From contig JBLIES010000001.1 of NCBI GenBank assembly GCA_047633135.1, forward strand, positions 3,749 to 67,748: 64,000 nt of DNA, written 5' to 3'. Below the pieces are notes generated by a model. The model was not told the DNA's origin. It searched no databases and was given only the letters and a program-made list of their open reading frames with translations. The position numbers and the translations under genes are program-made. How positions within the stretch are numbered: the stretch's first letter is position 1; the number at the start of each line of letters is the position of its first letter. Origin of the DNA: Roseivirga sp. Its GTDB lineage: Bacteria > Bacteroidota > Bacteroidia > Cytophagales > Cyclobacteriaceae. This document shows positions 1 through 9,078 of this stretch, in pieces.

Positions 1-1
1 G

Positions 2-1912
2 ACTATACGTCAATACGCTGGCTTTTCTACGGCAGAAGAATCCAATGCTTTTTACCGAAGAAATTTAGCCGCTGGACAGAAGGGCTTATCCGTAGCTTTT
101 GATTTAGCCACCCATCGAGGTTATGACTCAGATCATCCTAGAGTCGTTGGTGATGTTGGTAAAGCCGGTGTTGCGATTGATTCTATTTTGGACATGAAAC
201 TGCTTTTCGACCAAATACCATTAGATAAAATGTCGGTTTCAATGACCATGAATGGCGCTGTACTTCCCATCATGGCATTTTATATTGTTGCTGCCGAAGA
301 ACAAGGCGTTGCAAAAGAAAAACTCATTGGAACGATTCAAAACGATATTTTGAAGGAGTTCATGGTCAGGAATACCTATATCTATCCTCCCCTTCCCTCC
401 ATGAGAATTATCGGGGATATTTTCGAGTATACTTCTAAGTATATGCCCAAATTTAACTCTATAAGCATTTCGGGTTATCACATGCACGAGGCAGGTGCGC
501 CAGCACATATCGAATTGGCCTATACGCTAGCCGATGGCCTTGAGTACATCCGAACGGGTATTGATGCCGGACTTAGTATTGATGATTTTGCCCCTAGACT
601 TTCCTTCTTCTGGGGAATTGGGATGAACCATTTCATGGAAATTGCTAAACTCAGGGCTGGCCGTTTACTTTGGTCTAAAATCGTAAAACAATTCAACCCT
701 AAGAGTGAGAAATCAATGGCCTTGCGGACGCATTGCCAAACCTCGGGTTGGAGTTTAACAGAGCAAGACCCTTTCAATAATGTAACGCGCACTTGTGTTG
801 AGGGCATGGCGGCAATTTTAGGCCATACGCAATCATTACATACCAATGCCCTCGATGAAGCCATCGCTTTGCCTACTGATTTTTCTGCCAAAATTGCCCG
901 AAACACACAAATCTACCTTCAAAACGAAACTGATATCACCAAAGTAGTCGATCCTTGGGGAGGGTCTTACTATGTAGAATACCTCACTGATCAATTGGTG
1001 AAAAAAGCTTGGGCCTTGATTGAAGAAGTAGAAGAAATGGGTGGAATGGCCAAAGCCATCGAACAAGGGCTTCCAAAAATGAAGATTGAAGAAGCGGCAG
1101 CGAGAAAACAAGCCCGCATTGATTCTGGAAAAGACATGATCGTAGGCATCAATGCCTACCAAGTTGATGAAGCATTCGATTTAGAGCTACTAGAGGTTGA
1201 CAATACCGCAGTCAGGAAATCCCAATTAGAAAGATTGGCCGTCTTAAAAAGCGAACGAAATAACACTACTGTAGCGGCCAACTTAAAAGCCATTGAAGAA
1301 AGCGCAAGAACTGGTGAGGGCAATTTATTAGCGTTGGCTATAGATGCCGCTAGAAACCGCGCCTCATTGGGAGAAATTTCCACTGCCATGGAAAACACCT
1401 TTGGCCGCCATAAAGCTGTGATCAGATCAATATCTGGTGTATATTCAAGTGAGGTGAAGGACAACAAAGACTTTAAAAAAGCGAGAGAACTCTCAGATAA
1501 ATTTGCTGAGTTGGATGGTCGAAGGCCACGTATTATGGTGGCAAAAATGGGTCAGGATGGACACGACAGAGGGGCGAAGGTGATTGCCACCAGTTTTGCC
1601 GACTTAGGCTTTGACGTAGACATTGGACCACTTTTTCAAACCCCAGAAGAAACTGCTTTGCAGGCTGCCGAAAATGATGTTCATATTATAGGTGCATCCA
1701 GTTTAGCTGCGGGTCATAAAACCTTGGTGCCGCAACTGATCGCAGAATTAAAGCGATTGGGCCGAGAAGATATTATGGTCATTGCGGGTGGTGTGATTCC
1801 ACCTGCCGATTATGATTTTTTACGAAATGCAGGAGCCTCTGCCATTTTTGGGCCTGGCACAGTGATCGCCAAAGCTGCTCAAGAAATTTTAATGAAGCTG
1901 ATGGAAGAATGA
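2..1912 (+). CDS. scpA: Methylmalonyl-CoA mutase, catalytic subunit (5' truncated by window edge)
   Basis: Frame is open from base 2 ([15 protein letters not shown]...ATHRGYDSD). Contains [11 protein letters not shown] and SISGYH, and the C-terminal B12-binding motif GQDGHDRG (DxHxxG). Confidence 0.97.
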   Translation, partial: TIRQYAGFSTAEESNAFYRRNLAAGQKGLSVAFDLATHRGYDSDHPRVVGDVGKAGVAIDSILDMKLLFDQIPLDKMSVSMTMNGAVLPIMAFYIVAAEEQGVAKEKLIGTIQNDILKEFMVRNTYIYPPLPSMRIIGDIFEYTSKYMPKFNSISISGYHMHEAGAPAHIELAYTLADGLEYIRTGIDAGLSIDDFAPRLSFFWGIGMNHFMEIAKLRAGRLLWSKIVKQFNPKSEKSMALRTHCQTSGWSLTEQDPFNNVTRTCVEGMAAILGHTQSLHTNALDEAIALPTDFSAKIARNTQIYLQNETDITKVVDPWGGSYYVEYLTDQLVKKAWALIEEVEEMGGMAKAIEQGLPKMKIEEAAARKQARIDSGKDMIVGINAYQVDEAFDLELLEVDNTAVRKSQLERLAVLKSERNNTTVAANLKAIEESARTGEGNLLALAIDAARNRASLGEISTAMENTFGRHKAVIRSISGVYSSEVKDNKDFKKARELSDKFAELDGRRPRIMVAKMGQDGHDRGAKVIATSFADLGFDVDIGPLFQTPEETALQAAENDVHIIGASSLAAGHKTLVPQLIAELKRLGREDIMVIAGGVIPPADYDFLRNAGASAIFGPGTVIAKAAQEILMKLMEE

Positions 1913-2307
1913 CAACCATCGATAAGCTCGCTTGGCTCGAAATTCAAGACGGAAAAATCCTTGTAGCAAAATCGAAGAGTAAAACTGCATTCTACATTCC
2001 TGGCGGAAAACGAGAAACTGGTGAAAGTGATGAACAGGCGCTGTTAAGAGAAATTGAGGAGGAGCTTTCGGTACAGTTAAAACCAGAGAGCCTCAAGTTT
2101 TATGGCATTTTCGAAGCTCAAGCACATGGCCATGCTGAAGGCATCATCGTAAAAATGACCTGTTACCAAAGCGACTATTCCGGTGGTATTGAGGCTAATT
2201 CAGAGATCGAAGAAATCGCTTGGGTCAATCATAAAGACAAGCAAATGGTTTCTTTCGTAGATCATATTATTTTTGATGATCTTAAATTGAACGGCCTTTT
2301 AGATTAA
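1909..2307 (+). CDS. Nudix hydrolase
   Basis: Nudix box [22 protein letters not shown]; ATGA overlap with the mutase stop codon. Confidence 0.9.
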   Translation: MTTIDKLAWLEIQDGKILVAKSKSKTAFYIPGGKRETGESDEQALLREIEEELSVQLKPESLKFYGIFEAQAHGHAEGIIVKMTCYQSDYSGGIEANSEIEEIAWVNHKDKQMVSFVDHIIFDDLKLNGLLD

Positions 2308-2379
2308 ATAAACGTACAAAGATTTCGAACAGAACTATTAATAATATTCCTTTGTATCCATCAAGATAAGCTAAGGTCA

Positions 2380-3507
2380 ATGCAAATCATCGAGGTAAAA
2401 GATAAGGTCAATGCGAAAGATTTTTTAGACACTGCCCGTGTCATCTATAAAAATGATCTTGTTTGGGTATGTCCTTTAGACCAAGAAATCAACAATATTT
2501 TTGATCCTCAAGGCAATGCTTTTTTTCAAAATGGAGATGCTGCTCGTTGGATCGTCAAAAATGAAAAAGGTGAGCTCATAGGTCGAATTGCAGCTTTTAT
2601 CAATGAAAATAAGGCAAATTTTGACAACAAGCGCATTGGTGGGATGGGTTTCTTTGAAGTAATCAATGATAAAAAAGTAGCTTTCGCCCTGTTCGACATT
2701 GCCAAGGCTTGGTTGACTGAACGCGGTGTAAATATGATTCAGGCACCGATCAACTTTGGTGAAAATGACTCTTTTTGGGGCCTATTGGTAGAGGGTTTCA
2801 CACACCCCTCGAATGGAATGACCTATAACCACACTTATTACAAAGCGTTTTTTGAGTCTTACGGCTACACCACCAAAATGGAGCAGCTGACCAATCAATT
2901 GAGCATTAAGGATGGTTTGCCAAAAAGATTTGTGAAAATTGCTGAATATGCAATCTCCAAGAGGCCTAACCTCACCTTGAAGCCTTTCGACATGAATAAC
3001 TTCGATCAGTTTGCCAAAGACTTCATGATAATATACAACGAAGCTTGGGCAGGCCATGAAAATTTTACTCCAATCAAAAAGGAGTATGTCAAAGAGACTT
3101 TTAAAAAAGTAAAGCCTTTTCACGATCCCAAATACATTTGGTTTGCCTATATCGATGAGCAGCCTGCTAGTTTCGTCTTGGTTTTGCCAGATGTGAACCA
3201 GATTCTTAAGAAGCTAAATGGGAAACTCAACTTATGGAACAAACTCCGTTTTTTCTACTATAAAAAAACGAAAGTGATGAACCGCCTCCGTGTTTGGGTA
3301 ATGGGTACACACCCCAAATACCAAAATATGGGCTTAGAATCCGTCCTTGTCTACAAATGCTTTGAAGGTGCTGTGCCAAGCCACTACGAAGAAGGAGAAC
3401 TAAGTTGGGTAGCTGATTTCAATGATAAAATGATTGCGATTCACAAGGCCCTTGGGGCTGTACCTGCAAAAAAGCACATCACCTACGAGTTGGATTTGAC
3501 AAAATAA
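2380..3507 (+). CDS. YghO-like double-GNAT N-acyltransferase (bacterial ceramide synthase-like family)
   Basis: 375 aa with GRIAAFIN..GFFEV..ALFDIAKAWL..GLLVEGF..YNHTYY and a C-terminal GNAT segment (MGTHPKYQNMG, ELSWVADFN). Confidence 0.7.
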   Translation: MQIIEVKDKVNAKDFLDTARVIYKNDLVWVCPLDQEINNIFDPQGNAFFQNGDAARWIVKNEKGELIGRIAAFINENKANFDNKRIGGMGFFEVINDKKVAFALFDIAKAWLTERGVNMIQAPINFGENDSFWGLLVEGFTHPSNGMTYNHTYYKAFFESYGYTTKMEQLTNQLSIKDGLPKRFVKIAEYAISKRPNLTLKPFDMNNFDQFAKDFMIIYNEAWAGHENFTPIKKEYVKETFKKVKPFHDPKYIWFAYIDEQPASFVLVLPDVNQILKKLNGKLNLWNKLRFFYYKKTKVMNRLRVWVMGTHPKYQNMGLESVLVYKCFEGAVPSHYEEGELSWVADFNDKMIAIHKALGAVPAKKHITYELDLTK

Positions 3508-3531
3508 AAAAGACGCTATAGGCATAGCGCC
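3506..3531 (-). terminator. Intrinsic terminator of the ABC ATPase gene
   Basis: Minus strand GGCGCUAU-GCCU-AUAGCGUC followed by U6, between convergent genes. Confidence 0.75.
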
Positions 3532-3554
3532 TCTGCATTTGGCAATTTTATAGA

Positions 3555-4229
3555 TTAATGTCTATTATCAGAATCGACTGTACCATCCACAATATTGATT
3601 GTCCTTTTGCCATAAGCCGCATTTTCTTTGGAATGGGTTACTTGAACAATCGTCATTCCTTCACTATTCAATTTTTGGAAAAGCTTCATGATTTCTTCTG
3701 CCTGATCAGAGTGTAAGTTACCTGTTGGCTCATCTGCCAATAAAAGCTTTGGTTGCCCAATTAATGCCCTTGCCACTCCAACCAATTGCTGCTGTCCACC
3801 AGAAAGTTGCTCTGGGAAGAGGTCTTTTTTAGCTACCATCTGAAATCTATCAAGCATTTCTGCTACTAAAGATTTTCTCTCGGCAGATTTCACTCCTTTA
3901 TACAAAAGTGGGGTTTCGATGTTTTCATAAACTGTCAATTCATCGATTAGATGATAGGCTTGAAATACAAATCCTATGTGGTGCTTATGAAGTTCTGAGC
4001 GCTTGCGCTCTTTCATTTTATGAATCGGCTCATCTAAGAAGTAGTATTCTCCCTGAGAGGGTTCGTCTAACATACCAATGATATTCATGACCGTAGATTT
4101 TCCGGCACCGCTCGGCCCCATAATGGTCACGAATTCACCCTGTTCTATATTGAGATCAATGCTTTTTAAAATGAATGTTCTTTGATATTTAGAATCGACA
4201 AACTTATCGACATCACGTAGTTTAATCAT
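3555..4229 (-). CDS. ABC transporter ATP-binding protein (LolD/MacB type)
   Basis: Walker A GPSGAGKS, signature LSGGQQQ, Walker B LLLADEPTGNL. Start placed at MIKLRDV (4229) rather than 4259. Confidence 0.93.
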   Translation of the reverse strand: MIKLRDVDKFVDSKYQRTFILKSIDLNIEQGEFVTIMGPSGAGKSTVMNIIGMLDEPSQGEYYFLDEPIHKMKERKRSELHKHHIGFVFQAYHLIDELTVYENIETPLLYKGVKSAERKSLVAEMLDRFQMVAKKDLFPEQLSGGQQQLVGVARALIGQPKLLLADEPTGNLHSDQAEEIMKLFQKLNSEGMTIVQVTHSKENAAYGKRTINIVDGTVDSDNRH

Positions 4230-4260
4230 TGTTCTGGGTTTAATTGCGACCAACAGCATT

Positions 4261-4278
4261 TACCAATTAACATGCCAA
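4261..4278 (-). promoter_or_regulatory. Candidate sigma54 (-24/-12) promoter
   Basis: Minus strand TTGGCATG-TTAA-TTGGT matches the TGGCACG-N4-TTGC spacing, with C to G at -12. Phased GTTC repeats lie upstream at 4331, 4341 and 4351. Confidence 0.55.
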
Positions 4279-4370
4279 GGGCTAATTTATTCATACTTAG
4301 CATTTAAGCAAAGCTTGACTTAAAAATAGCGTTCGTTTTCGTTCAATTAAGTTCGATTTTGAAACGCTCT

Positions 4371-6776
4371 TTAGTCAATTCTCAAAGCATTCACGGGATT
4401 TGACCTTGCGGCTTTCCATGTTTTTAAACTGATGGTAATTAAAGCGATCATTAGCGCTCCCATTCCTGCTACAAGAAAGGTTAAAATCGTGAGATTAATC
4501 TTAAATGCAAAATTCTGCAACCACCAAGTAGAAAGATAATAAGCCATAGGGGACGCGATCAAAAAGGCGATTAAAATCAATAAAGCAAAATCCCTAGAAA
4601 GCAATAATAATACTTGAGCGATAGATGCCCCTAAGACTTTCCTAATCCCAATTTCTTTGATTCTTTGTTCGGTAGAAAATGAGGCCAAACCAAATAAACC
4701 CAAGCAAGCAATGACCATGGTAAGCAGTGCAAAAAGAATAACCACCTTACTCAATTGAGCCTCGTTGCTGTATAGCTCATTCAAATCATCTGATAAAAAC
4801 GAATAATCAAATGGCTGCTCTGGTGCGAAGTCATTCCACAAGGTGCTGGCTTGTTGAACTACATTTTTGCTTGCTCCTTCGCGATAGCGCACATACAAAT
4901 AAAGGTATGAACCAAAGAATGGGGCATAAAAAGTAGATTCTGTTTTGCGTTGAAGCGGTTCGAAATTAACATTTTCGACCAAACCAATGATCCATTTATT
5001 AACCCACTCATTGCCTTGCCTAATTTGGATCATTTTGCCAATTGGATTTTCTCCCATGTTTAACTCCAAGGCCGCTTGTTGATTAATAATAATGGACTGT
5101 GTAGAATCGTTCGGAATCTCAGCATCAAAATCACGCCCCTTTATTATTGAAATGCCAAAGGTTTTCATGTAGTCAAAATCTACATTGATCCCCGCTAAAC
5201 TCAGGTTGTCCTCATCGTCAATTACCGTTTCGGACTGAATAAATATGATGGGCCTTAAGCCCCCAGGTTTACTAAAAGAAGCCGCTACAGATTCTACTCC
5301 AGTATTTTTTAGAAGTTCATTTTTAAATGCGCTCAAACTGGGGGTCAGCGCGTTTCTGGTATTAGAAATCACGAGCATATTATCTTTTTGAAAACCCAGC
5401 GATTTGTTTTGCATAAAATTCAGCTGTTGATACACTGTGTAAGTACCAATGGTAAGCGCTATGGAAATGGCGAACTGAAAAACGACAAGCGCCTTTCTTA
5501 AACTACCAGAGCTATTCATTCCTGGGGCCATTTTACCCTTAAGCACTACCGCGGGCTTAAAAGAAGATAAAAATAAGGCTGGATAAATCCCCGAACCAAA
5601 ACCAACCACTAAAATAATGATCAATAATAAGCCAAATACTTGCCCACTGAACAGCATGTCTAAAGTGAGGGCCTTTCCGGTAAACTGTGCCATGAACCTT
5701 AACATAGCCGCCACTATAGCAAAAGAAAGAACAGCAGAAAAGGCAGTAATGAGTATCGACTCCCCCATAAATTGACCAATCAATTGCTCTTTATAAGCAC
5801 CCAATACCTTTCTAACACCCACTTCTTTTGCCCTTTTGGCAGAACGTGCTGTCGCTAGATTCATATAGTTGATGGCGGCTATCAATAAAATAAAAACCGC
5901 AATGGCAGAAAAAACATAGACTGAATCTAGATTACCGTTCGGGGCCATCTCATTCCGAAGGTTGGATTTAAGGTGAATATCCGTCAGCTTAATGAGGCTT
6001 GGATTAACATTATTCCTTGCACTCTCCTCTACATTTTTATCTCTAAGGGTAATCAGTTTTTCCTCCACTAAGGCGAAGTCTTGAGGGGATCTTAACTTAA
6101 TAAAAGAGAAGAATCCTCCTCCACGCCAATTCTCTAATCCATTAGGGTTATTGGGGGTTTTCAGGGTTTCATTCGAGAGTAAAATTTCAAATTTGAGATG
6201 TGTATTTGCGGGAAGGTTTTCAAAGACACCGGTGACAATAAACCGTTGATCTTGATTGCCCTTTAACTCTAGTATTTCTCCTATAACATTGACTTTTCCA
6301 AAGTATTTAACGGCTGCTTTCTCACTTAAAACTGCTTGCAAAGGAGCCTGGAGTAGATTAACAGGGGAACCAAAAATCAATTTAAAATTAAAGAATTCGA
6401 AAAAATTGGGATCCGCATAGAATAGCTGGTCTTCCTTGAAAATCTCATTCCCAATCTTAAAGATCACTTGCTGTCCACCACCATTTAGGCGGGTATAGGC
6501 TTCGACTTCGGGTACTTCTCTCAACAATGCTGGACCAAAAGCAGAGGGTCCGTTGGGGTATTTGTATACACCGGTACTCAGGTTGAGTGCGTTGTCTATT
6601 CGAAAGATATTTTCTGCTTTTTTATGGAATTGATCGAAACTCAATTCGAATTTAACGACCAAGAAGATCAACAGAAAACAGGTGATGCCCAGCGTTAATC
6701 CGAATATATTGATTGCGGCATAACCCGGCTGCCTAACGATACCTCGGACGGCAATTCTAAGATAGTTTTTAATCAT
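4371..6776 (-). CDS. ABC transporter permease, MacB/FtsX family (duplicated architecture)
   Basis: MIKNYLRIA..R start, INYMNLATARSAKRAKEVGVRKVLGA, and second-half RIKEIGIRKVLGAS. Confidence 0.93.
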   Translation of the reverse strand: MIKNYLRIAVRGIVRQPGYAAINIFGLTLGITCFLLIFLVVKFELSFDQFHKKAENIFRIDNALNLSTGVYKYPNGPSAFGPALLREVPEVEAYTRLNGGGQQVIFKIGNEIFKEDQLFYADPNFFEFFNFKLIFGSPVNLLQAPLQAVLSEKAAVKYFGKVNVIGEILELKGNQDQRFIVTGVFENLPANTHLKFEILLSNETLKTPNNPNGLENWRGGGFFSFIKLRSPQDFALVEEKLITLRDKNVEESARNNVNPSLIKLTDIHLKSNLRNEMAPNGNLDSVYVFSAIAVFILLIAAINYMNLATARSAKRAKEVGVRKVLGAYKEQLIGQFMGESILITAFSAVLSFAIVAAMLRFMAQFTGKALTLDMLFSGQVFGLLLIIILVVGFGSGIYPALFLSSFKPAVVLKGKMAPGMNSSGSLRKALVVFQFAISIALTIGTYTVYQQLNFMQNKSLGFQKDNMLVISNTRNALTPSLSAFKNELLKNTGVESVAASFSKPGGLRPIIFIQSETVIDDEDNLSLAGINVDFDYMKTFGISIIKGRDFDAEIPNDSTQSIIINQQAALELNMGENPIGKMIQIRQGNEWVNKWIIGLVENVNFEPLQRKTESTFYAPFFGSYLYLYVRYREGASKNVVQQASTLWNDFAPEQPFDYSFLSDDLNELYSNEAQLSKVVILFALLTMVIACLGLFGLASFSTEQRIKEIGIRKVLGASIAQVLLLLSRDFALLILIAFLIASPMAYYLSTWWLQNFAFKINLTILTFLVAGMGALMIALITISLKTWKAARSNPVNALRID

Positions 6777-6867
6777 ACTATTTTGATTGAGCTAAGACAG
6801 CGTAAAATAAATTTACGTTATTTAATCAACAAGCAAGTACCATTAATAGAAGGGAGTTCTTATCGAA

Positions 6868-8091
6868 TTAGAAGATATAGAATTTCTGCTGATCATCTGG
6901 TGGAAAGAATAGCATAGCACAAACAAAGGCTAATATAGCAAGCACAAAGCCAATCATAAAAATGGTGTAGGCAATCCTAAGCAGTTTGTACTTCTTCCCC
7001 AATACTACACCAAGAAAGTAAATATCCTTAATCATACTGCCATAAAGGTATTCGCTATCTTTCATCATTTCCTTCATGCCCCATTCATACCTGTCCAGTT
7101 TCATTTTATGAAAATTACCGAAGAACAACAGGTTAGTTTTCTTTGCCAATACCTCGTCATCGGTAAACATACCAGAAGAAATATTTGGCCTAGTGGCGAG
7201 AATCGACATAACAATAGTCGCCAAACATACGATGACCAACATCACCGTAGGCACTATAAGGTTAGGGTATTCGTATAGTTTTCTGATCAAGACAGAAACC
7301 ACAACCGAAAGAATAATTGTGTTGACAGAGATCATAATGTTGGCTTTATTATCAGCCATTCCACTCAACTCAAGATGATTTTTCGATGTCGTTCGAAACA
7401 TTGTTTCTATCCCTCTGTCAGGCTTTAAAACCAGTTTACCTTCGAGCTTACTCACCTTGGCCTCGAGCTGACTTATGTAATCATCATTAATACTCTTTTT
7501 CGCCTTTTTTTGCTTTTTAATCGTTTTCAAATTTTTCTTTTTTAAAGGCTCTAGCGCAGCTTTTCCGTAAGGCGTAAAAAACTCATGCGATTTAAAGAAA
7601 TTGAAATTCATAATATTCCAATCTTCCTTATTAATTTTTTGACCCTTCATGATCTCAACTTCACTATGCATTTTTTCTGCCATCATTTCGTAATCCTGGC
7701 AGGCCAAATGATTGAGGTCTGCATCGCACAAAACTTCTTCAGTCAAATTCTGAGGATTTTGAGGCATTTGAGTTGCCATAATACAGCCGATCACCGTATC
7801 AATTTTAGGGTATCCCTCTTTTGTCAAAAAATCTTTCGCAATTTGGGCACTCACTTTTTCATGATGTTCACAACCTTCTTTATAACCAGTGTCATGAAAC
7901 CAAGCAGCAATAATCACCGATTCTAAATCCTCCTCTGAAAGCATCGATGCCTTACCTATATGCAGCGAAGCCTCTACTACTCTCTGGGTATGGTAAAGAT
8001 CATGGTAAACGAACTGCGAAGGAATCTCTGTCTTGAGAATCAATTCACAGTGCTCTTCTACTCGTCTTAAAAGTGCAGATTGATCAATCAT
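6868..8091 (-). CDS. HD-domain phosphohydrolase fused to a PycTM/DUF5706 membrane domain
   Basis: YHDLYHT, WFHDTGY and LCDADL HD motifs; Lys-rich linker; C-terminal ADNKANIMIS, NLLFFGNF and KKYKLLRIAY with three hydrophobic helices. Confidence 0.85.
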   Translation of the reverse strand: MIDQSALLRRVEEHCELILKTEIPSQFVYHDLYHTQRVVEASLHIGKASMLSEEDLESVIIAAWFHDTGYKEGCEHHEKVSAQIAKDFLTKEGYPKIDTVIGCIMATQMPQNPQNLTEEVLCDADLNHLACQDYEMMAEKMHSEVEIMKGQKINKEDWNIMNFNFFKSHEFFTPYGKAALEPLKKKNLKTIKKQKKAKKSINDDYISQLEAKVSKLEGKLVLKPDRGIETMFRTTSKNHLELSGMADNKANIMISVNTIILSVVVSVLIRKLYEYPNLIVPTVMLVIVCLATIVMSILATRPNISSGMFTDDEVLAKKTNLLFFGNFHKMKLDRYEWGMKEMMKDSEYLYGSMIKDIYFLGVVLGKKYKLLRIAYTIFMIGFVLAILAFVCAMLFFPPDDQQKFYIF

Positions 8092-8174
8092 TGCATAAAT
8101 ATAAATCGCTGTTTTTTAATAACATAGCTGTTAGTCTTCCTATGTTGAATTATCAATTGACTATTTTTGTTCGT

Positions 8175-9017
8175 ATGACCATGAACTTTAGAACCATGAT
8201 ACCTCTTATTATAGTATGTCTGACCCTTACTTTTTCTTCCACCGCTCAGAATAAAGAGCAATTCCCCTATAACTTAGAAGCACCTGATGACATCTATCTG
8301 ATGCCTTCGGTACTTGAGGAAATCTCTGGCCTCTCCTACTTTGGCCCCAACCAATTGGCCGCTTTAAATGACGAGCATGGCCGAGTTTACATTTATGACA
8401 TAAAAGAAAGAAAAATCGTTCAACGCATTCGCTTTGAGGGTAATGGCGATTTCGAAGGCTTAGAATTAGTGGGTAAAGACATGTTTGTAATCAAAAGCCA
8501 CGGTAAAATGTTTCGTTTTAATATCGACATTGATGGCGTAGTAGAGACCATAGAAAGTCCTTTCAGTTCAGAAAATAACCTTGAAGGCCTTGGGTATGAT
8601 AAAAGCAGCAATAATTTATTGATTGCCTTGAAAGAGAGTGGCGACATTAAAAATGTGAATGTAAAAGGTAAAGCTGTTTATGGCTATAACCTTGACTCGG
8701 AAAGTTTTTCAAAAAAACCTCTATTTGTTTTAAGAGATGCCGATTTAGAAAGAGTTTTAGGTGCTAAAAGCACCAAACTAAGGCCTTCAGGAATCGCTGT
8801 GAACCCTATCAACGGAGACATTTATATGATCGCCTCCGTTGGTCGTGCCCTAGTGGTCTTTGATAAGTCTGGTAAGCCCAAAAACCTAACGATTTTAAAG
8901 AGGAGTATATTTCCACAACCAGAAGGAATTACTTTTACCCCCAATGGCGATCTATTTATTGCCAACGAAGTAGATGGTGATGGAGGAACAATTCTCAGGT
9001 TTGAAATGAAGAAGTAA
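8175..9017 (+). CDS. Secreted SdiA-regulated-like beta-propeller protein
   Basis: Signal peptide, then repeated blades (EISGLS, DFEGLE, NLEGLG, PSGIA, QPEGITF). Start at 8175 or 8181, just after a TATTTTTG (-7) element at 8162-8169; the 8073 start would overlap the divergent gene. Confidence 0.8.
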   Translation: MTMNFRTMIPLIIVCLTLTFSSTAQNKEQFPYNLEAPDDIYLMPSVLEEISGLSYFGPNQLAALNDEHGRVYIYDIKERKIVQRIRFEGNGDFEGLELVGKDMFVIKSHGKMFRFNIDIDGVVETIESPFSSENNLEGLGYDKSSNNLLIALKESGDIKNVNVKGKAVYGYNLDSESFSKKPLFVLRDADLERVLGAKSTKLRPSGIAVNPINGDIYMIASVGRALVVFDKSGKPKNLTILKRSIFPQPEGITFTPNGDLFIANEVDGDGGTILRFEMKK

Positions 9018-9078
9018 TCCATTTTGAATTTTCTTTTAGTATTTCTGGTTGTTCAGAAATAATTAAGCCCACGTAATT

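Noticed and set aside
6868-8091. Canonical Pycsar anti-phage system
   Set aside because: No PycC-like cyclase is adjacent, the effector domain is fused to an HD hydrolase, and there is no defence-island or mobile context.
8073-8174. Longer N-terminal extensions given by the track (8073; likewise 4259, 21381, 22244, 34613)
   Set aside because: They overlap neighbouring genes or promoter elements; downstream ATGs give proper family N-termini or signal peptides.
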